Numbered from the stretch's first letter, positions 8,606 through 21,148 are shown. The stretch is DNA of 64,000 nucleotides from an uncultured bacterium (GCA_963749495.1 CAVVMW010000006.1:32001-96000); one strand, 5' to 3'. Translations and numbers: made by a program. Notes: generated from the letters alone by a model not told the origin.

Positions 8606-11600
8606 ATGCTCCAACGCATTATAGATTTTTCGCTCAAGAACAAGTTCATCGTCCTGCTGGGGACGATCGCGCTAGTGTTCGGTGGAGTTTACGCGCTCAA
8701 GAACATCCCTTTGGACGCCATCCCCGACCTCTCGGACGTGCAGGTTATCGTTTATACCGAGTGGCCGGGCCAGGCGCCACAAATCGTCCAGGACCAAGTT
8801 ACGTATCCGCTCACCACCAAGATGCTCTCGGTGCCCAAGGCGAAAGTCGTGCGCGGCTACTCGTTCTACGGCTTTTCGTTCGTGTACGTGATTTTCGAGG
8901 ATGGCACCGACCCTTATTGGGCCCGCAGCCGCGTGCTCGAATACCTCAGCGGTTTGAGCGGGCGCCTGCCTGCCGGGGTGACGCCCAGCCTCGGCCCCGA
9001 CGCCACCGGAGTCGGCTGGGCGTTCATGTATTCCATCAATTCCACCAACCGCGATCTCGCTGAGCTTCGCTCGATGCAGGATTGGTATCTGCGCTACCAA
9101 TTGGCCTCGGTGGAAGGCGTCTCCGAAGTTGCCTCGGTCGGCGGCTTCGTCAAGCAATACCAGGTCACCGTGGACCCGACCAAGCTGCGCGCCTACCACC
9201 TGTCCATCTCCGAAGTTGCCATGGCGCTCAAGCGCAGCAACGGTGAGGTGGGTGGACGCTCCATCGAGCTGTCGGAAAAGGAATTCATCCTCCGCGTCCT
9301 TGGCTACGTCCAGAAGCTCGAAGACCTGCGTAAAGTAGCCGTGGGCGTTGGCGACAAAGGAGTGCCGATTCTCCTCGGCCAGGTCGCCAACGTCGAGCTT
9401 GGCCCGGACATGCGGCGTGGCATTGCCGAACTCAATGGGGAAGGCGAGACCGTCGGGGGTGTGGTCGTCGTCCGTTACGGGGCCAACGCCCGGCAAGTCA
9501 TTCTCGATGTAAAGCAGCGGCTGGATCAGGCCATGAAGGGCCTGCCGGCGGATGTGAAATACAGCATCGCGTACGACCGCAGCGCGCTCATCAACCGGGC
9601 GGTCAAGACCCTCGAAGAGAAGCTCATCGAGGAAAGCATCGTGGTGGCCCTGGTCTGCATCGCCTTCCTCATGCACCTGCGCAGCGCCTTAGTGGCCATC
9701 CTGATTTTACCCATCGCCGTGCTCATGTCCTTCCTCGTCATGTTCGGCCAGGGCATCAGCTCCAACATCATGTCGTTGGGCGGCATTGCCATCGCCATCG
9801 GCGCCATGGTGGATGCCGCCATCATCATGATCGAAAACGCCCATAAGCATATGGAGCGTGACCAGGGCAAGAAACCCCACTGGGACATCATCCGCGACGC
9901 CGCTGTCGAAGTCGGTCCGACCCTGTTCTACTCTTTGCTCGTCATTACCGTCTCTTTCCTCCCGGTCTTCAGCCTCCAGGCCCAGGAAGGCCGCTCTTCA
10001 AACCGCTGGCCTTCACCAAGACTTATTCCATGGGTGCCGCGGCGCTGCTCTCCATCACGCTGGCGCCGGTCCTGATGGGCTTCTTCATCCGTGGCAAGAT
10101 TCCGCCAGAAGAAAAGAACCCCCTCAACCGCCTGCTCGTCTGGCTCTACCATCCGATGATTGATTACGTCATCAAATGGCGCTGGCCGGTCGTCTTCACC
10201 GCCGCGGCACTGATCGTTTGGGTATTCTTCCCCTGGAACACTCTGACCGCGCGCCTGTTGCCCGACGGCCACCTCAAGCAATGGGCCTTCAAGGCCGGGA
10301 AGTTCTTTCCCTACCAGAACCTCGGCCACGAATTCATGCCGCCGCTCTACGAAGGCGACTTCCTCTACATGCCCACCACCTTCCCGGGCATGTCGCCCAC
10401 CAAGGCGCGCGAGATTCTCCAGACCACCGACAAGATCATCCGCCGTTTCCCCGAAGTTCATCATGTCTTCGGCAAAATCGGCCGCGCCGAGACCGCCACC
10501 GATCCTGCTCCCATGGACATGATCGAGACCACCATCATGCTCAAGCCCGAAGAAGAATGGCCGGTGGTGGACATCAAAGACGAGGCCGGCAAGGTCATCG
10601 CTCAGCGCCGCCGCACACCCGCCGAACTCAGTGACGCCATGGACGCCGCCGTGAAAATTCCCGGCCTCAACAACGCCTGGACCATGCCCATTAGCACCCG
10701 CATCAACATGCTCGCCACTGGCATCAAGACCCCCGTCGGCATCAAGGTCGCCGGGCCGGACCTCGGCGAACTGGAGCGCGTGGCCTCGGAGATCGAGGCT
10801 GTGGTAAAAGCCGTGCCGGGCACCCTCAGCGCGTTTGCCGAGAGGACTATGGGCGGCAATTACATCCAGTTCAACATCGACCGCGATGCCATCGCCCGCT
10901 ATGGCCTGACCGTGGGCGACGTGCAAGACGTGCTCGAGGTCGCCCTGGGCGGTATGCCCTTGACCACCACGGTCGAGGGCCTCGAACGTTATGCCATCAA
11001 TCTCCGCTACAGCCGCGATTTTCGGGAGAACCTTGGCGCCCTGCGCGAGATCGTCGTGCCCACTCCCACCGGGGCCCAGATCCCTCTGGGCCAACTGGCT
11101 AAAATCGAGACCGTGCATGCCCCGATGGGAATCAAGAGCGAGGGCGCGATCCCCAACGCCTGGATTTACGTGGATGTCAAAGGCATCAACATCGGCACTT
11201 ACGTCCAAATGGCCATGCGCGCCGTGAACGAGGCCACCGCCAAAGGCACGATCAACCTGCCCAGCGGTTACAATATCTTCTGGAGCGGCAAGTACGAATA
11301 CATGCTTCGTGCCAACCAGCGCCTGATGATCGCCGTGCCGCTCACGCTTTTGCTCATTATCCTGATCATTTATCTGAACACACGTTCGGCCATAAAGACG
11401 GCCATCGTTTTGCTGGCCGTGCCGTTCTCGCTGGTGGGGGCCATCGGCATCCTCGCACTCCTCCATTACAACTTAAGCGTGGCGGTGTGGGTCGGCATCA
11501 TCGCCTTGGCCGGCCTGGACGCCGAGACGGGCGTGGTCATGCTCCTTTACCTTGACCTTGCCTTCGACGATTGGAAGCAGAAGGGTCTCATGCGCAACGT

Positions 11601-11895
11601 GGCCGACCTCCGCGACGCCATCTATCACGGCGCAGTCAAGCGCGTTCGCCCCAAAGCGATGACCGCCTGCGTCATCATCGCCGGCCTGGCGCCAATCCTC
11701 TGGAGCCACGGCACCGGCGCTGACGTCATGAAACGCATCGCCACCCCCATGGTCGGCGGCGTCGTCACCTCCACCATCATGGAACTGCTGGTCTATCCCG
11801 CCATCTACTACCTGTGGCGCTCACACAGTCTCAAGGGCTTGCCCCCAACCGGGATCGCTGTTGTCCAGCCGGCTCTGAACCCGCTCGAAACATGA
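8606..11895 (+). CDS. cusA: CusA/SilA-type heavy-metal RND permease (frameshift near 9990)
   Basis: LDAIPDLSDVQVIV, YWARSRVLEYL, LGPDATGVGW, EFMPPLYEGD, DPAPMDMIET, GADVMKRIATPMVGG; split over two frames. Confidence 0.93.
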
Positions 11896-12131
11896 GCATG
11901 GAAGACCTTTTCGGATACGAGGATTCATGGGATACCTGCATCGTCTGCGGCAAGGCACTCCGCCCGGGCGAAGCTCTGGCGAACATGCCTCAGGGTGAAA
12001 GCAAGTTGCCCATCTGTTGCCCGCTCTGCCTCGAAGCCTACCAGAAGGACCCGCAGCCATACCTGGAGCGTTTCGCCAAGCGCGCCCTGCTCCGGCAATT
12101 GCGCAATCCGGAGAAGCCTCCGAGCCACTGA
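11892..12131 (+). CDS. Small YHS/TRASH-like metal-binding protein
   Basis: ATGA overlap with the cusA stop; CIVCG...ICCPLCLEAYQKDPQPY. Confidence 0.65.
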   Translation: MSMEDLFGYEDSWDTCIVCGKALRPGEALANMPQGESKLPICCPLCLEAYQKDPQPYLERFAKRALLRQLRNPEKPPSH

Positions 12132-12220
12132 GCCCCTGGTGGCAGTCCTTCGTCTTCGTGTGCCTGCACCTTAGCCGCTGGCGGCGGCGGCGAGCACTTC
12201 GCGCCACCCGGTCCCCCGCC

Positions 12221-13459
12221 TCACCGGAGCAACCACGCTCCGGCGCCAGCCGCCAGCAAGACAATCAGCCACGGAGGCGCTTTCCACCACTGCAAGAACC
12301 CAAACGCGACTATTGCCGCCGCCACATCCCTCGCGCCCCTCACTCCCTCCGTCCACACGGGGCTGTAGAGCGCTGCCAGCAACACCCCAACCACCGCCGC
12401 GTTTGCCCCCCGCAGAACCGCCTGCGCCCACGTCTTCCCCCGGAACTGGTTCCAAAACGGCAGCGCGCCGCCAATCAGCAGCCACGCGGGAAGAAAAACC
12501 GCCAGCAGGCACCAGAGACCCATCATCCACCCCCCCGGCCCCGGCTGTATCACCGTCCCGAGATAAGCCGCAAACGTGAAGAGCGGCCCAGGCACCGCCT
12601 GCGCCGCGCCATAGCCGGCTAGAAACGCGTCGTCGCTTACCCAGCCTTTCGGAACCACCTCAGCCCTCAGCAACGGCAACACCACGTGCCCACCACCGAA
12701 CACCAGCGAACCCGCGCGATAAAAACTCTCGAAAACCGCGATGCTCCTTCGCCCGGTCACCGACGCCAGGGCCGGCAGCATAACCAGCAGCAAAAAGAAA
12801 ATCCCCAAAACCATCGCTGCCAGGACGTGGCTTCGCCAGTTCCCGCCCACCGGTCTTTCCACCACCTCGATTCCCTTACGATACAGCCACCACCCGATCA
12901 CGCCCCCGCCCGCTATAACACCGATCTGCGCCGCCGCACCCGGCAACACCAGCAAAACCGCCGCCGCACCCACCCCGATCGTCAGCCTGGTCCGGTCGGG
13001 GCAAAGATTGCGCCCCATCCCCCACACCGCCTGCGCTACCACCGCCACCGCCGCCAGCTTGAGCCCATGCAACCATCCCGCGCGGTGCAAGCCCCCCAGC
13101 GCGGCCACCCCATACCCCAACAGAATCATCAGCGCCGCAGACGGCAGCGTGAAGCAAAGCGAAGCCACGATGGCCCCGGCCAGCTTCGCTCGCTGCATCC
13201 CCAGCGCAAAAACCACCTGGCTGCTCGCCGGCCCGGGCAGAAACTGGCAGAGCGCTAATAGGTCGCCATAGGCCCCGTCGTCCAACCATCGCCGCCTGCG
13301 GACAAATTCCTCCCGAAAATAACTCAGATGCGCCATCGGACCCCCGAACGAGATGAAGCCCAGCTTCAGGAACGCGCTAAATACCTCGGCCAACTTGCGC
13401 CCCCTCGACTGCTCACCCCCGCCTCCTGACTCCAAACGCCCATCAATCGCTCCATCCAT
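12221..13459 (-). CDS. chrA: Chromate efflux transporter
   Basis: FLKLGFISFGGPMAHL, LCQFLPGPASSQ, GSLVFGGGHVVLPLL, AQAVPGPLFTFAAYLG. Confidence 0.95.
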   Translation of the reverse strand: MDGAIDGRLESGGGGEQSRGRKLAEVFSAFLKLGFISFGGPMAHLSYFREEFVRRRRWLDDGAYGDLLALCQFLPGPASSQVVFALGMQRAKLAGAIVASLCFTLPSAALMILLGYGVAALGGLHRAGWLHGLKLAAVAVVAQAVWGMGRNLCPDRTRLTIGVGAAAVLLVLPGAAAQIGVIAGGGVIGWWLYRKGIEVVERPVGGNWRSHVLAAMVLGIFFLLLVMLPALASVTGRRSIAVFESFYRAGSLVFGGGHVVLPLLRAEVVPKGWVSDDAFLAGYGAAQAVPGPLFTFAAYLGTVIQPGPGGWMMGLWCLLAVFLPAWLLIGGALPFWNQFRGKTWAQAVLRGANAAVVGVLLAALYSPVWTEGVRGARDVAAAIVAFGFLQWWKAPPWLIVLLAAGAGAWLLR

Positions 13460-13480
13460 ATCTGGCAAGCGCCCGCCCGG

Positions 13481-14002
13481 TCACGGTGCCCGCGGCGGCA
13501 GCACCAGGATCTGGCCGAACATTGCATTCGGGTGAAGTGAACACACGAAGCTATACAGCCCTTCCTCGTGAAAAGTGAATAGGTAAGCAGTCTCCTTCAG
13601 CGGAGGCAGGGCCGAGTTCATCAAGACTTGCGAGCGCGGACTGATGAGCATGAAGGCGTGATTGTCGTCAGGCTGAAGATTCCAGAAGCGAATCTTTGTT
13701 GGCTCCTCCCGATGCACCGCAAAGAAGTTTGGCGAGAACGCATACACCTCCCCGAACTTCTCCACCGTCTCCTTCGGTCCCGTCTCCTTAACCGCCACCC
13801 GGTGCGTCTGCACCAGAATGTTCGCGGAAACCACACCGTTCGTAGCCACGCTCACGACCCGCGACGCCTCCGCGTTGGGTAGATAGAATGATTCTGGATT
13901 TAGTTCCTGGGGCAAGTTCCCCATCATTTCTGGCCTGCTGCTCGTGCAGCCGCTCAGGGCTGCCACCCCAAGAACTGTTGCGATGACAAAGCTGAATTTC
14001 AT
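13481..14002 (-). CDS. Cupredoxin-domain lipoprotein
   Basis: Lipobox LSGC; upstream His (NHAFML) plus C-x2-H-x3-M (FVCSLHPNAMFG) type-1 copper ligands. Confidence 0.75.
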   Translation of the reverse strand: MKFSFVIATVLGVAALSGCTSSRPEMMGNLPQELNPESFYLPNAEASRVVSVATNGVVSANILVQTHRVAVKETGPKETVEKFGEVYAFSPNFFAVHREEPTKIRFWNLQPDDNHAFMLISPRSQVLMNSALPPLKETAYLFTFHEEGLYSFVCSLHPNAMFGQILVLPPRAP

Positions 14003-14505
14003 GTGTTTGTGTTTTTCTCCTCTCGATTGGTCCCTCCCCTCCTCCCGAGTCTGGCGTCCACCGACCACGCGCCCGCACCGACGAGCAGCAGGAAGAGCAG
14101 GCCCAGCAGCATTGAAAAGTCCGTGCGCGCCTCGTGCATCATGCTCAGAAAACCGTAGCGCGGCAGCTTCGCCAGCGCGAAACCCCAAAACCCGTGGCCC
14201 AGCAGCATCGGGATCTTCGTCGAAACAATGGCCGTCGATATATTGATGATGAGTGGAATCGCCGCCAGCCGTGTCAGCAGCCCGAGGATCAACAGCCCGC
14301 CGCAGACGATTTCAACGACCCCGACAAGCGGCCCCATCACTTCCGGCGCCGGAATCCCGATCTTGATGAAACGCCCGACGCCCAGTTCGTCGGGATAAAG
14401 GAACTTCTGAACGCCCTCGGTCAAAAACCCCACACCCACCATCACCCGGATAAGCAGCACCGACGCTGGCGCCCGGGTTTCATTGAAGCGGTTGATGAGG
14501 TTCAT
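13999..14505 (-). CDS. DoxX family membrane protein
   Basis: LLIRVMVGVGFLTEGVQKF, VGVVEIVCGGLLILGLLTRLAA, GAGAWSVD. Confidence 0.9.
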   Translation of the reverse strand: MNLINRFNETRAPASVLLIRVMVGVGFLTEGVQKFLYPDELGVGRFIKIGIPAPEVMGPLVGVVEIVCGGLLILGLLTRLAAIPLIINISTAIVSTKIPMLLGHGFWGFALAKLPRYGFLSMMHEARTDFSMLLGLLFLLLVGAGAWSVDARLGRRGGTNREEKNTNT

Positions 14506-14551
14506 AAATCCTGTTTCTCCAGGTAACAAAGGCGCCATCTCCGCAGGCGTT

Positions 14552-15955
14552 TCATCTGCTTGGGTTAGAGCTTTGTGCTTCAGGCGAATTGCCAGCCGCC
14601 CGACTCAAGCCATACTGCGCTTTGTTGTATTCTGCGAGCGCTGCGACATAATCCGACCGCGCCTGGTTCAGGTCCTGCTGGGCCTGGATGTCTTCCAACA
14701 CCACCCCCACCCCGAATTGTTTGCGCTCGCGCGTGAGGCGAAGGGTCTCGCCAGCCGTCTTCAGATTATGTTTCGCCAGCTCGATTTGACCGGCCAACGA
14801 CTGGACCCGGGCCAGGCTGGCTACCACTTGGGAAATGATGATGTCCTTGAGCCGGGAATCACTTAGCCGGGCAGCCGCAAGCCGCGCTTTGCTCGCGTTG
14901 ACGCGGCCGGAATCAAACAGGCCGCCCGGACCGATTCTCCAACTCACGCCCACGGCGTAATCTCCTTCCGCGCCGAGGTTGCTCGGGCCACTGTCCGGGC
15001 CGCCGCCCAGACCGCCGCCAAAGACCTGCGCGCCCACGGACGGAATCAACGGGCCATAGACGGCGCCGTTTTTCCCTGCACGCGCGGCGGAGATGAAGGC
15101 CTGGCTTTGCTTCAGTTCCGGGCGTGAGGTCATGGCCTGCACGACTAGCCTATCCAGAGAACTATTGGTCTCATAGAGCGTAAGGGGCAATAGTTCGGTC
15201 TCCTCCGGAATCAATTCGACCCTCGAATCCAAGTGGAGCAACTGCGCCAGATTGGCCGCGGCCACCCGTTGCTGTTCAAGCGTCTGGCGCAGAGCGATCT
15301 CATAGTGTTCCGTTTGAGATTGGACGCGCAATTCATCGCCTTTGAACGCGATGCCGGCCAGCACCGCCACGTGCAGTTGCTGTTGATAATCCTGCGAGGT
15401 CGCCAGGGCCTGCCTGACCACCTCGACCAGGGCCTTGGCTTTCGCGAGATCAAAGTATCCCAGTGCGGCGCTCAGAGTGGAGTCCTGTCGCTGGGTTTCC
15501 AACCCTTGATCTGAGGCCTTGAGTAATTGCTTCGCGGCGAGTGAATTATAGATCGCGTCTCCCAGGGCCATTTGAGCGGCGAGTGCGGCGCCTGGGGAAT
15601 ATGACTGAAAGTGTGCATCGGAGATAACCCCCGAGGGAACCGCCTGGGCCACTCCATCCCTGCGGTGATCGGTCACGCCGGGGGCAACCCAGGGGAAGAA
15701 CCGCTCCAAGGCACTCTGGCGGTTGGCTAGGGCTTCATTGAGGTGCTCGCGCGCGATCTGGATGTCGAGGTTTTGTGCGCCGGCCAGACGGAGGGTGGTC
15801 GGCAGGTCAATGGGATAGATCAGGTTCGTTCCGGTTGCAGACACAGAATTGGCCAGCCCCGTTGAGGTGCTCTCACCCGCCTGCCCCGAAAGCGCGAGCG
15901 CGGTGCTGAACATCGTGGCGGTCCAAAATCGAACATCCCCAATGGAACTTCTCAC
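14552..15955 (-). CDS. TolC family outer-membrane efflux protein
   Basis: 467 aa; LRLAGAQNLDIQIARE, RPELKQ, ERKQFGVGVVLEDIQAQQDL. Confidence 0.9.
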   Translation of the reverse strand: MRSSIGDVRFWTATMFSTALALSGQAGESTSTGLANSVSATGTNLIYPIDLPTTLRLAGAQNLDIQIAREHLNEALANRQSALERFFPWVAPGVTDHRRDGVAQAVPSGVISDAHFQSYSPGAALAAQMALGDAIYNSLAAKQLLKASDQGLETQRQDSTLSAALGYFDLAKAKALVEVVRQALATSQDYQQQLHVAVLAGIAFKGDELRVQSQTEHYEIALRQTLEQQRVAAANLAQLLHLDSRVELIPEETELLPLTLYETNSSLDRLVVQAMTSRPELKQSQAFISAARAGKNGAVYGPLIPSVGAQVFGGGLGGGPDSGPSNLGAEGDYAVGVSWRIGPGGLFDSGRVNASKARLAAARLSDSRLKDIIISQVVASLARVQSLAGQIELAKHNLKTAGETLRLTRERKQFGVGVVLEDIQAQQDLNQARSDYVAALAEYNKAQYGLSRAAGNSPEAQSSNPSR

Positions 15956-17028
15956 TTGGCCTCCACAGGGTTGATGGGTTGACCATCATTAAGCGTTTGT
16001 TTGCCCATGAGGATTACCATTTGGTCAGGGTTGATCCCGCCGTTGATCTCAACGTTGGCGCCATCGTTGAAGCCGGTTTGAACCGGAGTTTTTTTTGCCT
16101 TCCCTCCAGCTACCGTGAACACGGAGGTGCCCGCCTTTTCCACCAGGAGACCTTGCACGGGCACCAGCAGCGCATCCTTCTTCCTCTCGACTTCCAACTG
16201 CACGCTGGCGTAGGCGCCGGGCCGGAGTTCGCCATTCGGGTTGGGGATTTCGATTTCTGTGAGCATGGTTTTGGTAGCCGGGTCCAGTGCATGGGCAAAA
16301 CGGGTGACGGAGCCCGGGAAAGTCCGTCCCGGGAACTCTTCCACCATCACCTTGACCGGCACCCCGTTGCTGACGAACGGGACTTCCGGCTCAGGAACGA
16401 ATACCTGCACGCGCACCCGGCTGTAGTCCATGAGAGTGAGCAGGGCGGCGGTTTGGGGCGTGCTGCCGGTCGTAGCGGCCGGAATGAACGCCCCCGGGTC
16501 CACTAACCGCGCGGTGATCGTGCCGGAAAAAGGGGCCACAATCCGGGAATATTGTAACAGGGTGCGGGTCCGCTGGAGTTTGGCTTGGGCAACCTCCAGT
16601 TGGCCGCGCAGGTCATCCACCGTTTGGGGCACTACCAGGTCCGGCGCCTTTTGGCGCGCTTCGGCCATGCGTACGTAGTTGGTCCGCGCCACCTCTGACT
16701 CCGCCTTGTATTGGGCTTCGTCGGCCAGCAGTTCGGGCACTTCGATCTGGGCCAGCAATTGTCCCTCTTTGACCGCGTCACCCTTATCTACCGTGAGCGT
16801 TTTCAAATAGCCTGATACCTTGGCGTATAGCGTAGCCTCCTGTAATGCCAGAACCCGGAAAGTTGGCAGCGTGATGCTGCGGGCAATCTCGCCGCGTTTC
16901 GGCAGAACCGTTTGCAGGGTGACTGCTGCCGAAGCCCGTTGAGGCGCTTCGGCAGTCGAAGGGCGGCACCCGCAAAGCGTGGCTAACGCAAGGCAGCCCG
17001 CGGCCAAACAAAAAGGTCGGATTCGCAT
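15952..17028 (-). CDS. RND periplasmic adaptor subunit
   Basis: Lipoprotein-like start [61 protein letters not shown]. Confidence 0.9.
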   Translation of the reverse strand: MRIRPFCLAAGCLALATLCGCRPSTAEAPQRASAAVTLQTVLPKRGEIARSITLPTFRVLALQEATLYAKVSGYLKTLTVDKGDAVKEGQLLAQIEVPELLADEAQYKAESEVARTNYVRMAEARQKAPDLVVPQTVDDLRGQLEVAQAKLQRTRTLLQYSRIVAPFSGTITARLVDPGAFIPAATTGSTPQTAALLTLMDYSRVRVQVFVPEPEVPFVSNGVPVKVMVEEFPGRTFPGSVTRFAHALDPATKTMLTEIEIPNPNGELRPGAYASVQLEVERKKDALLVPVQGLLVEKAGTSVFTVAGGKAKKTPVQTGFNDGANVEINGGINPDQMVILMGKQTLNDGQPINPVEAK

Positions 17029-20000
17029 ATTTGTGGCGGGTGGTTGGTTGTTCTTTGATCCTGATGAGGGCATTGTTTCGCTTCTGCAGTCGGGCTTTCC
17101 GGATCCGTGGGATACAGCGAGGCGGAGCGCCGATGCGCGCGCGCTTGGACGAGAGCAAATATCGCCGGCAGCACCAACAGGGTGGCTACTGTGGCGACGG
17201 CCAATCCGCCAACGACCGACCGGCCTAGCGGGGCGGTTTGCTGGCCGCCCTCGCCCAGACCCAGGGCCATCGGCACCATGCCAGCGATCATCGCCAGGCT
17301 GGTCATGAGAATGGGCCGCAGTCTGCTGCGGGCTCCTTCTACGGCGGCATCGGACGCGTTCGCTCCCCCCAGCCGGCTGCGTTCGGCAAAGGTAACCAAC
17401 AGGATGGCATTGGCGACCGCGACTCCGACCGCCATAATCGCGCCCATGAACGACTGGATGTTCAGCGTCGTTCCCGTCAGCCACAGCATGAGGACCACAC
17501 CGGCGATCACTCCCGGTGTGGTGGAGACGACCAGGAACGACAGCTTCAGGGATTGGAAATTGGCCGCCAGGAGAAGAAAGATAACCATCACCGCCATCAG
17601 CAGCCCGCTACGCAAGCCATCGAACATTTGCGCGAGCGGGACGATCTGGCCGCGCACCGCCACAGTTATGCCCGGCGGCGGCTGTCCCAGTTTCCTCAAC
17701 GCCTCACTGACTTCTTTGGCCACGCTGCCCAGGTCGGCGCCCGCAATGTTCGCGGTCACTGTCACCATGCGCTGCATATTGTAGCGCTCGTATTGGCCGA
17801 CCGCGGTGCCATCCGTAACTTTGGCGACATTGCGAAGCAGCAGGCTCTGGCCGCCGTGGTCCATCACGGGCACGTTCCTCGCCTGTTCGAGCGAGTCCAT
17901 CCGCGCCTGAGGGACCTGCACTTGAACCTGGTAGGCCACCCCGCTGTTTGGGTCGGCCCAGTAGTTGGGAACGACAAACCGGCTGGACGAGGTGGCGGTC
18001 ACCAGCGCGCGCGACACGTCGGCCATCTTGACCCCCATGACGCCGGCCTTCTCGCGATCTACGTTCACGTCCACCGTCGGATAATCCAGTGCTTGGCCAA
18101 ACTGGAGGTCGCGCAGGGAAGGGATTCGTTGGAGGGCAGCTTTGACCTGCTCGCCAAAGGCATGGTCGGCAGCGAGATTCTGGCCGCTGACCGCTATCTC
18201 GATCGGCGTCGGCGAACCTAGGCTCATCACGCGGCTCACGATATCGCTTGGTTCGAAGGAGAAAGTGACTCCCGGCAGCTTTTCCGCGAAAACGCGCCGT
18301 AGCCGTTCCTTCAAATCTTCGATGCGCACTGGTGTGCCGGGTTTCAACTGCACTTGCAGCACACCTTCCTCTGGGCCGCCATTCCAGAGGTAAATGAAAT
18401 TGATCGGGTAGGGTGAACCATGGACGCCGAGGAACCCCAGGGTAATCTCGATATTTTGCGGACCGACCTCCTGTTTGATGAGGTCCAACGCCTGTATTGC
18501 GACCGCTTCGGTGCCGCTAATCTGCATGCCCGTCGGGGCTCGCAAGCGCAGTTGAATCTGTCCGGCGTCCACTTTCGGGAATATCTCCGTGCCCAGACGC
18601 CTCCCCAGAACCACAATGACCACCGCCGCCAACACCAGGTAAACACCGACCGTGACCCAGCGCGCTCCAACCAGTTTCCGGCCCAGCCCGGCATACCGCT
18701 GCTGAAAGCGACCGAAACGGCTTTCGGCCGCGGTGTCGCCCGTGGCGGCTATCTCGTGCCCGCGCAAGACCCAAACCGACAGGATGGGCACGAGCGTGCT
18801 CGACAACAGATAGGAGGTCACCATGGCAAAGCCGACCGCCAGCGACAGCGGCAGGAACATCGCTTTAGCGGCGCCCACCATGAAGAAGGTGGGACTGAAT
18901 ATCGCCAGGATGCATAACATCGCCAGCAATCGCGGCACCGTGGTCTCGGTCGTGGCGTCCAGCGCCGCACGACCGACCGATCGGCCTCGCATCAGGTGCG
19001 TATGAATGTTTTCGATGGTAACAGTCGCCTCGTCCACCAGGATGCCAACGGCCAGAGCCAGCCCGCCCAAAGTCATAATGTTGATGGTCTGCCGGGTCAG
19101 CCACAAAGCCAGCACTGAGCCCATCAAGGACAGAGGAATGTTGATGACGACGATCAAGGCGCTCCGCCAGTCCCGCAGGAACAACAGCACCATCAGGCCC
19201 GTCAGCACTGCGCCCAGGGCGCCTTCCAGCGTCAGGCCGCCAATGGCGCGCGTGACATAAGGGGATTGGTCAAACTCATAGCTGACTTTGACGTCCGGCG
19301 GCAGCACGCTCTGGAATTTGGGCAGGTTAACCTTGACCAGGTTGACCACCGAGAGGGTGGAAGCAGTCGAGCGCTTCGTGACAGGGATATAAACCGTGCG
19401 GCGGCCATTGACCAGTGCGTAACTGGTCACGATGTCCGAACCGTCAATCACCTGGCCCACGTCCCGCAGGAAGACCGTAGGAAACGTCCCGGTCCGAATG
19501 GGCACTCCTTCCAGGTCCTTGATATTCCGGGCCACTGAATTGAGGGGCACCATGGGATATTTCCCATTGATGGGCATGTTCCCCGACGGGCTGATGAGGT
19601 TGGCCGCCGTGACGGCGGCTACGACCTCGTCGGGCGACATGTTGTAAGAGCGAAGTCGCTCGGGCTTCAGGTTAACCACTATGCTCCGGGCACTGCCGCC
19701 GAAGGGAGGAGGCGCCGAAACGCCCGGCAGAGTGGCAAAGAGAGGCCTGACCCGGTTCAAGGCCAAGTCCTGCATTTCACCCACGGTCCGGCTGGCGCTG
19801 GAGAACACCAGGTCCCCCACCGGGACGCTCCCCGCATCGAACCGCATGACAAACGGCGGCACGGTCCCAGGCGGCATGAAGGCGCGCGCGCGGTTTACGT
19901 AAGCCACCGTTTCCGACATGGCCTGCGACATGTCCGTACCGGGGTGGAATTGGAGCTTGAGGATGGCCGCGCCTTGGATGGACTTGGACTCGACATGTTC

Positions 20001-20231
20001 GATGCCGGTGATATAGAGGAAATGATATTCGTAATAGTAAGTCAAATAGCCCTCCATCTGGGCTGGGTCCATACCGCCGTAGGGCTGGGCGACGTATATC
20101 GTCGGAATCCCGAGCGTGGGGAAAATATCGCGCGGCATTCGCTTTATGGCCAACAAGGCGCCCAGAATGATGCTAATGATGAGCACCACGAGCGTGAGCG
20201 GGCGGTGGAGAGCGGTTCCAACGAGATTCAT
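16983..20231 (-). CDS. RND efflux permease (AcrB/CzcA superfamily)
   Basis: 1082 aa; [48 protein letters not shown]. Confidence 0.93.
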   Translation of the reverse strand: MNLVGTALHRPLTLVVLIISIILGALLAIKRMPRDIFPTLGIPTIYVAQPYGGMDPAQMEGYLTYYYEYHFLYITGIEHVESKSIQGAAILKLQFHPGTDMSQAMSETVAYVNRARAFMPPGTVPPFVMRFDAGSVPVGDLVFSSASRTVGEMQDLALNRVRPLFATLPGVSAPPPFGGSARSIVVNLKPERLRSYNMSPDEVVAAVTAANLISPSGNMPINGKYPMVPLNSVARNIKDLEGVPIRTGTFPTVFLRDVGQVIDGSDIVTSYALVNGRRTVYIPVTKRSTASTLSVVNLVKVNLPKFQSVLPPDVKVSYEFDQSPYVTRAIGGLTLEGALGAVLTGLMVLLFLRDWRSALIVVINIPLSLMGSVLALWLTRQTINIMTLGGLALAVGILVDEATVTIENIHTHLMRGRSVGRAALDATTETTVPRLLAMLCILAIFSPTFFMVGAAKAMFLPLSLAVGFAMVTSYLLSSTLVPILSVWVLRGHEIAATGDTAAESRFGRFQQRYAGLGRKLVGARWVTVGVYLVLAAVVIVVLGRRLGTEIFPKVDAGQIQLRLRAPTGMQISGTEAVAIQALDLIKQEVGPQNIEITLGFLGVHGSPYPINFIYLWNGGPEEGVLQVQLKPGTPVRIEDLKERLRRVFAEKLPGVTFSFEPSDIVSRVMSLGSPTPIEIAVSGQNLAADHAFGEQVKAALQRIPSLRDLQFGQALDYPTVDVNVDREKAGVMGVKMADVSRALVTATSSSRFVVPNYWADPNSGVAYQVQVQVPQARMDSLEQARNVPVMDHGGQSLLLRNVAKVTDGTAVGQYERYNMQRMVTVTANIAGADLGSVAKEVSEALRKLGQPPPGITVAVRGQIVPLAQMFDGLRSGLLMAVMVIFLLLAANFQSLKLSFLVVSTTPGVIAGVVLMLWLTGTTLNIQSFMGAIMAVGVAVANAILLVTFAERSRLGGANASDAAVEGARSRLRPILMTSLAMIAGMVPMALGLGEGGQQTAPLGRSVVGGLAVATVATLLVLPAIFALVQARAHRRSASLYPTDPESPTAEAKQCPHQDQRTTNHPPQICESDLFVWPRAALR

Positions 20232-20279
20232 ACTGTAAAGTCGGAGTATTATTTAGGGTGAGCGCGGGCAGCCATTCTT

Positions 20280-20774
20280 TCAATGAGTGGACTTGTCGGG
20301 CAGATCCACCTGCCAGCCAACGAAATAACCCTTAGGGAACCTCACCAGATCAGCCTCATCGAAATGCCCTTCGGGTTTCCAACCGGGTTGCAGAACAACC
20401 TGGGTGACCTGGTTTGTCTTAATCACCACTGGAACTGTTACCGGTCCATAAAAGTCCGCCTGGGCCTTGACGAAGTAGTTGCCCGGAGGAAGCGTCACCT
20501 CGGCCGGGAATTCGTCCCCACCAGGGAGAGCATTCCAAACGCGTTTGAACCGCTTACCCTCTGGGGTGCAAATCTGGTAGTCTGTGTGCTGATTGCGAAT
20601 GACATCGCCATCGTTGTATTCTTCGGTTTCGGTGCACACCTGCAATTCGCCATCGCGCGTCGAAGAAGCAACTCCGGAGGAACTCGGCCCAACGGGCTCA
20701 AGCACAATAGGAACGGAGGAACACCCCGCAAGAATCAGAACCGAACCAACCGCAAACGCAATCCGATGTTTCAT
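20280..20774 (-). CDS. Hypothetical lipoprotein
   Basis: MKHRIAFAVGSVLILAGC lipobox; lies between PadR and the RND permease. Confidence 0.7.
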   Translation of the reverse strand: MKHRIAFAVGSVLILAGCSSVPIVLEPVGPSSSGVASSTRDGELQVCTETEEYNDGDVIRNQHTDYQICTPEGKRFKRVWNALPGGDEFPAEVTLPPGNYFVKAQADFYGPVTVPVVIKTNQVTQVVLQPGWKPEGHFDEADLVRFPKGYFVGWQVDLPDKSTH

Positions 20775-20815
20775 AACTGTGTCCTTTCGGGTTGAAGCCA
20801 AACATTTGAGCAGAT

Positions 20816-21148
20816 TCATAAGTTTGTCTCCTTCGGAGAACCCTCGACAACCTCCTCGTAAAGCTCCCGGATTTGTCCCCGCATCAGCTCCAGGACCTTC
20901 CCCCCTTCGGCTGTGAGGCGATAATCCCGCCGTGCCCGCCGCCCGCCCCGCGCCACGGCCTTGCCTTTGAGCCAGCCCAGCCGTTCCATCCGCCTGAGCA
21001 GGGGATACAGCGTGCCCGGGCTGATTTCATACCCGTGCCGGCGCAACTCCGTCAGAATCCACTGCCCGTGCACCGCTTCCGTCCCGGCATGGTGCAGAAT
21101 GTGCAGCTTCCAAAAACTCAGCAAAATCTCGCGATTGACGCCTTTCAT
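20816..21148 (-). CDS. PadR family transcriptional regulator
   Basis: HGQWILTELRRHGYEISPGTLYPLLRRMERLGWL...YRLTAEG. Confidence 0.92.
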   Translation of the reverse strand: MKGVNREILLSFWKLHILHHAGTEAVHGQWILTELRRHGYEISPGTLYPLLRRMERLGWLKGKAVARGGRRARRDYRLTAEGGKVLELMRGQIRELYEEVVEGSPKETNL

